Sequence record: MW749003.1
Strand: one strand, 5' to 3'
Length of the DNA: 64,000 bases
A model generated the notes under the pieces. It saw nothing but the letters and a program-made list of their open reading frames with translations, was not told the origin of the DNA and made no database searches. Shown here piece after piece: positions 59,925 to 64,000 of this stretch (within the stretch, counting starts at the first letter, position 1; the number at the start of each line of letters is the position of its first letter). The position numbers and the translations under genes are program-made.

Positions 59925-60371
59925 TTATACTGCATCTTCGTCAATAACTACTTCTCTGTCAGTCTTAGTCACTTTTTGTAATATCCAAGTAGGAAAAGTA
60001 AGTTCATGAATACCAGTAAAAGTTTGTCTATGATGTTTTAAACATAATACAATTAAATTTCTAATATCATCTACAGTTGTAATAGGTACTTCATTTAATT
60101 TTTTTCCATATCCGTAAATATCAAACAACTCTACGAGTTCTTTTAATTTATCATAGTCACAGACATTTTTCATAGACCAACTACATAGGAAATGATGAAC
60201 TTCTAAATGCTCAGTGTTTTCACATATCCAACATTTATAATGGCCATCTTCTTTTAATCTTTTTTTAGATTTTCTAAACATAGATGATTCTTTTCTTTCT
60301 TCATGTTCAGGAATTAAAACACTTTCTTTTAATGTAGTTCTATCAATATGTTCTGCGATTATTTTACTCAT
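59925..60371 (-). CDS. HNH-like endonuclease
   Basis: CWIC...HLEVHH...NLIVLCLKHH. Confidence 0.75.
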   Translation of the reverse strand: MSKIIAEHIDRTTLKESVLIPEHEERKESSMFRKSKKRLKEDGHYKCWICENTEHLEVHHFLCSWSMKNVCDYDKLKELVELFDIYGYGKKLNEVPITTVDDIRNLIVLCLKHHRQTFTGIHELTFPTWILQKVTKTDREVVIDEDAV

Positions 60372-60391
60372 ATTACCACTCCTTCTAGCTA

Positions 60392-60429
60392 TATTATTAT
60401 GTTTAAAAAAATTTAAAAATATATATTAT
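60392..60429. promoter_or_regulatory. Divergent late (minus) and early (plus) promoters
   Basis: Minus AACA TAATAA TA (60392-60403); plus AAAAATATATATTAT (60415-60429). Confidence 0.55.
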
Positions 60430-60476
60430 ACTTTTGATACTAAATAATTTGAGAAATAATATTAGGAGGACTATTT

Positions 60477-60646
60477 ATAACAGATACTCAAAAACTAATT
60501 GAATTAGGTTTTGACTTTGATTCACAAGGAATATTTATTTTTGATGAATCTAAAGAGTCAAAGATATAATTAATAGTAATGAGTTTTCTAGAAGTATGAA
60601 GAAAATTAAAGAATATGAGGCAATTAATATAATGGAATCATTATAA
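60477..60646 (+). pseudogene. Internally deleted remnant of a paralog-array gene
   Basis: AGGAGG RBS, ATA-initiated 30 codons resembling family N-termini; out-of-frame tail NSNEFSRSMKKIKEYEAINIMESL matching the family C-terminus. Confidence 0.65.
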
Positions 60647-60662
60647 ATATGGAGGATGAGAA

Positions 60663-61892
60663 ATGGATATAAAAAAAGAATTAGAAAAATTAGGAATTGT
60701 ATTAAAAAAGGATGAAACTTCTTCAAAAAATAGTTATAATTTATATATGACTAAGGATGCAGAAGAAAAACTTATCCCATATCATGAAAGACTTATTATA
60801 GAGAGATTAAATACTCCTTTTACTCTTTATCAAACTGATTCAGGGCAACATATATTTAAGCTACACTTATTTAAGTTAATTGATAATAAAATAATAATAG
60901 ATATTGAAAAATTATCTATACAAACAGAATATTCTAATTTAGAATATATGGAGATTCTTATATTTCTCTCTGTAACAGAAAAATTATTAGACTATAATTT
61001 TCCTTTGTCATTTGGAAATAATTTATTTCGTAATTATGTCTTAAACTCATATTGTATGAGCGAGAATCTAATTGAAGAAAATTTAAATAATATCATTAAG
61101 TATCAAAGTAATGATTTATTTAATGATAATGATGACGCAACACTAGAATACTATATTGACATGCGTGTATCTATAATTAGATCTAAAGTTGTTAGAAGAT
61201 GTTATAACCTAGATTATTGTACTAATAATAGATTTATTTCAAATCCAGTTTATAGATATTTTAATGATATAAATGATGAAAAAATAAATTTATATCGTCT
61301 TGATTTAAATCTTTTTTATGTTCCATTTGCTAATGTTAATTTTGGAAATTCTCATATTTCAGGGTTATTATTAGATTACATCATTTTAAATAATGATCAA
61401 AAATTTGAAGCTAAAGATAAGATTGATAAGTATTTTGATGAGTTAGTAGATGATTTTAAAAAAAGATTAGAATTAGATCCATTAGAATTATTTAAAAATT
61501 CGTCAACTCGTAGTCGTGGTCCATATTATAATATAGCATTTAGTCTTACTTATGAAGCTAATTTTATTAAAACAAAATTAAATTTTTCTCCCTCTCATCA
61601 ACATCCTTTAAACAAAAAAAGAAATAAAAAAGGCGTTTATGGTATTGATTATTTTGATAGTAAACTGAGGGAATCTTTATTTAAAGTTATTACAATCTTA
61701 ATAAAACATTTTGAAACTTTAAATCAAAACTCATTTTTAGAGAAAATGGAAAAGACATTAGCTACTAATGAAATACAAAATTATATTGGTTATAATGTTT
61801 ATCCAGAATTATATCTTAATAATCCACAATTCAAAAATAGTTTAAAAAGAGTTAGACAATATGAAGCATTAAGAATATTAGATTCTATTTAA
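60663..61892 (+). CDS. Paralog-array protein 3
   Basis: RLDLNL, DY..LNND, IDKYFDEL.DD, YFDSKLRE, NYIGY, YEALRILDSI. Confidence 0.75.
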   Translation: MDIKKELEKLGIVLKKDETSSKNSYNLYMTKDAEEKLIPYHERLIIERLNTPFTLYQTDSGQHIFKLHLFKLIDNKIIIDIEKLSIQTEYSNLEYMEILIFLSVTEKLLDYNFPLSFGNNLFRNYVLNSYCMSENLIEENLNNIIKYQSNDLFNDNDDATLEYYIDMRVSIIRSKVVRRCYNLDYCTNNRFISNPVYRYFNDINDEKINLYRLDLNLFYVPFANVNFGNSHISGLLLDYIILNNDQKFEAKDKIDKYFDELVDDFKKRLELDPLELFKNSSTRSRGPYYNIAFSLTYEANFIKTKLNFSPSHQHPLNKKRNKKGVYGIDYFDSKLRESLFKVITILIKHFETLNQNSFLEKMEKTLATNEIQNYIGYNVYPELYLNNPQFKNSLKRVRQYEALRILDSI

Positions 61893-61903
61893 GGGGGATA
61901 AAT

Positions 61904-63136
61904 ATGATTAAAATTGAAGAAAGATTAAAACAGTATAAAATTAATATTAGAAATAATCAACTTTATTTGAGTGAAGATAGCGCTAAATATATTTTAGATA
62001 GAAAATTATTAGATTATTATAATTATATATTAAATGAATCTAATAAAAGTGAATATTTATTTAAATATAGTCTTACTGCCCGTGGAATAAGAATTGATAA
62101 TGATAATAAAATAATTGTTGAACCTAATCTCATGGTATATCAGATACACTGGGGATGGACAAATCCACCTGAAATTAATACAATAATTAAAGTACTCATT
62201 ATAAGTGAATTAATAAATAAATTGATGGATGAAGGTTATGAAGTATTTTTAGGTAATAATACATCAAAGGAAAGAAATCTTGAATTATTTAGGTGGATGC
62301 AAAGTCAATATAATAAAAAGCACATATTATCTAGTATTGATAATTCTTTAAATGCTAGAGAAGTATTTAAAGACATATCTGAGTATTTACATATTTCAAC
62401 TAGAATGCTAAGTGATAGAATTCTCAGGAATAGTTATACTAAGGAATATGTAATTAATGCGAGACCCGCTAAGGCTTTTAGACCACCATATACATTATTC
62501 AATATCTGCTTTCATGATTTGGAGCTAGATTCTAAATTGAATAGATTAGATCTTGACTTATACTATATGCCTTTTATTAAAGATATTGTTAATAATCAAT
62601 TTGGTATTGCATTAATGAAAGACTATGTTCTTTTAAATAATGATAGAGAGCTTGAAAATTTTGATAATATAGATAAATATTTTGATGAACTATTACAAGA
62701 TGCAGAAACAAGATTACCGATAATATCTAATATTGAAATTAAAACTAAATCTACAGCAAGTGTATATTTTCAGCTAATTGATATTAAAGATATAAGACAA
62801 GTTACAATTATTAAAAGAATAAAATCAAAATATAAAGTAACTTCTAGGAACAAACATCCATTATCAAAATATAAAACCTTAAAAGGTTCTCAATATTTTA
62901 GTGCAAAATTGAGAGAATCACAATTTAAAGCACTATTATTAATGATAAAATACTTTGAAGAACATTGTAATAAAAATGATTTAGCTAGAGCAGAAAAAAT
63001 ATTATCACTTAAAGAAGTTCAAAATTATCTTGGCTATGAACACTATAAGCATTTATATGAAAATAATCCAAAATTTAAAGATAGTTTTAAGAGAGTAAAA
63101 GATTTAGAAGCTATTGAATTATTAGAGAATTTATAA
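61904..63136 (+). CDS. Paralog-array protein 4
   Basis: RLDLDL, DY.LLNND, IDKYFDEL.QD, YFSAKLRE, NYLGY, LEAIELLENL. Confidence 0.75.
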   Translation: MIKIEERLKQYKINIRNNQLYLSEDSAKYILDRKLLDYYNYILNESNKSEYLFKYSLTARGIRIDNDNKIIVEPNLMVYQIHWGWTNPPEINTIIKVLIISELINKLMDEGYEVFLGNNTSKERNLELFRWMQSQYNKKHILSSIDNSLNAREVFKDISEYLHISTRMLSDRILRNSYTKEYVINARPAKAFRPPYTLFNICFHDLELDSKLNRLDLDLYYMPFIKDIVNNQFGIALMKDYVLLNNDRELENFDNIDKYFDELLQDAETRLPIISNIEIKTKSTASVYFQLIDIKDIRQVTIIKRIKSKYKVTSRNKHPLSKYKTLKGSQYFSAKLRESQFKALLLMIKYFEEHCNKNDLARAEKILSLKEVQNYLGYEHYKHLYENNPKFKDSFKRVKDLEAIELLENL

Positions 63137-63150
63137 TTGGGGGATTTAAA

Positions 63151-64000
63151 ATGCCTGAATTTAATTTAATGGAAAATGTAATTGAAGTAATAGAGGTTCC
63201 AAGTGGTAGTAAATCTGGTTTATTCCCAAGAAAGAGAGAATCTGGTTTTGATAAAATATTAAGGCAAGAAATTGTACCAGCTCAAAAGAATCATCTTGAT
63301 ACAATTATAAAACGAATGAAAGCAATAGGCTATGATAAAATTGCTGTACTTAACACAAATATTCAATTTTATTGGGAGATAACTACAGTCGAATATCCTT
63401 TTAATAATGATAATCAGCTACATATAACATTAGTTAATAAAGAAAATACTATTGAATATTTAAGTTTAGTAAATCTTAAATCTGGATTTTTTTCAGATAG
63501 AAAATTTAATAACCTAACAAAGAGACTCCAAGATTCGGGAGAAGATATTGGAAAGATTATGAGAGCATATATAGAATATAATTTACCATATTACTTTTCG
63601 AGAAATTATGAGAAATATGAAAAGGAGAATGAAGAAATGAAAAAAGAAAATAATAAAGTTAACGATAAAATTAATAATAAAGAGGTAAATATTCTACTAG
63701 CCCCATTGGTAAAAGATTTCTTAGGAACAATTGGTAGTATTGCAATATTAAGAAATTTTAGTGAGTATTATGAAGACAAGTATATTGAGGATAAAGATAA
63801 AGTTGATAAATATTTTAATGAATTAATTGATGACGTAAAAATATTATTAAAAACCAAAAATGATATTACATTAATTGATCCTAATCCAAAAAATAATAAG
63901 TATATTAATCTTGTTAAGATTATGAAAGGAAAAGAATCAGTATTTAAGAATATTAAAAGAAGCCTATCAATTAATAAAAATAGTAAACATCCTTTATTAA
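63151..64000 (+). CDS. Paralog-array protein 5 (runs off window end)
   Basis: ATG 63151 after GGGGGA; frame open to end; NILLAPLVKDF, VDKYFNELIDD, KHPL. Confidence 0.7.
   Translation, partial: MPEFNLMENVIEVIEVPSGSKSGLFPRKRESGFDKILRQEIVPAQKNHLDTIIKRMKAIGYDKIAVLNTNIQFYWEITTVEYPFNNDNQLHITLVNKENTIEYLSLVNLKSGFFSDRKFNNLTKRLQDSGEDIGKIMRAYIEYNLPYYFSRNYEKYEKENEEMKKENNKVNDKINNKEVNILLAPLVKDFLGTIGSIAILRNFSEYYEDKYIEDKDKVDKYFNELIDDVKILLKTKNDITLIDPNPKNNKYINLVKIMKGKESVFKNIKRSLSINKNSKHPLL

Noticed and set aside
1-64000. tRNA or rRNA genes
   Set aside because: No cloverleaf or T-loop signature seen; the GC-richer non-coding stretches are accounted for by intron cores. tRNAscan-SE would be the proper check
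57512-64000. Paralog array as phage-nucleus shell protein or sigma-like RNAP subunits
   Set aside because: No recognisable motifs for either; cannot be supported without structural searches

Overview
Very AT-rich 64 kb segment of a phiKZ-related jumbo phage of Firmicutes, most like the Bacillus AR9/PBS1 group. This placement is inferred from split multisubunit RNA polymerase subunits and promoter motifs, not from a database search. The window encodes two RNAP beta'-like subunits, a tail/baseplate block, SbcD, DnaB-like and RecD/Dda-like helicases, GyrB, cell-wall hydrolases, and a MoxR ATPase + vWA/metallopeptidase pair followed by an array of ~400-aa paralogs. Five group I introns can be delimited to the base; all sit in conserved motifs (RNAP DxDGD, DnaB twice, RecD motif III, GyrB TOPRIM). 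Splicing restores intact ORFs of 426, 561 and 406 aa and a GyrB of about 770 aa, which the ORF track shows only as fragments. Two introns carry Zn-ribbon + Vsr/EDxHD-type endonucleases; a third, free-standing one is fused to a Mom-like GNAT domain. Two phage promoter motifs recur (TATATTAT, putative early; AACA-N6-TA, putative late), and two endonuclease genes have a promoter placed inside an RBS-sequestering hairpin. No tRNA or CRISPR array was seen. If the genome is AR9/PBS1 itself or a close relative, part of this may already be published.
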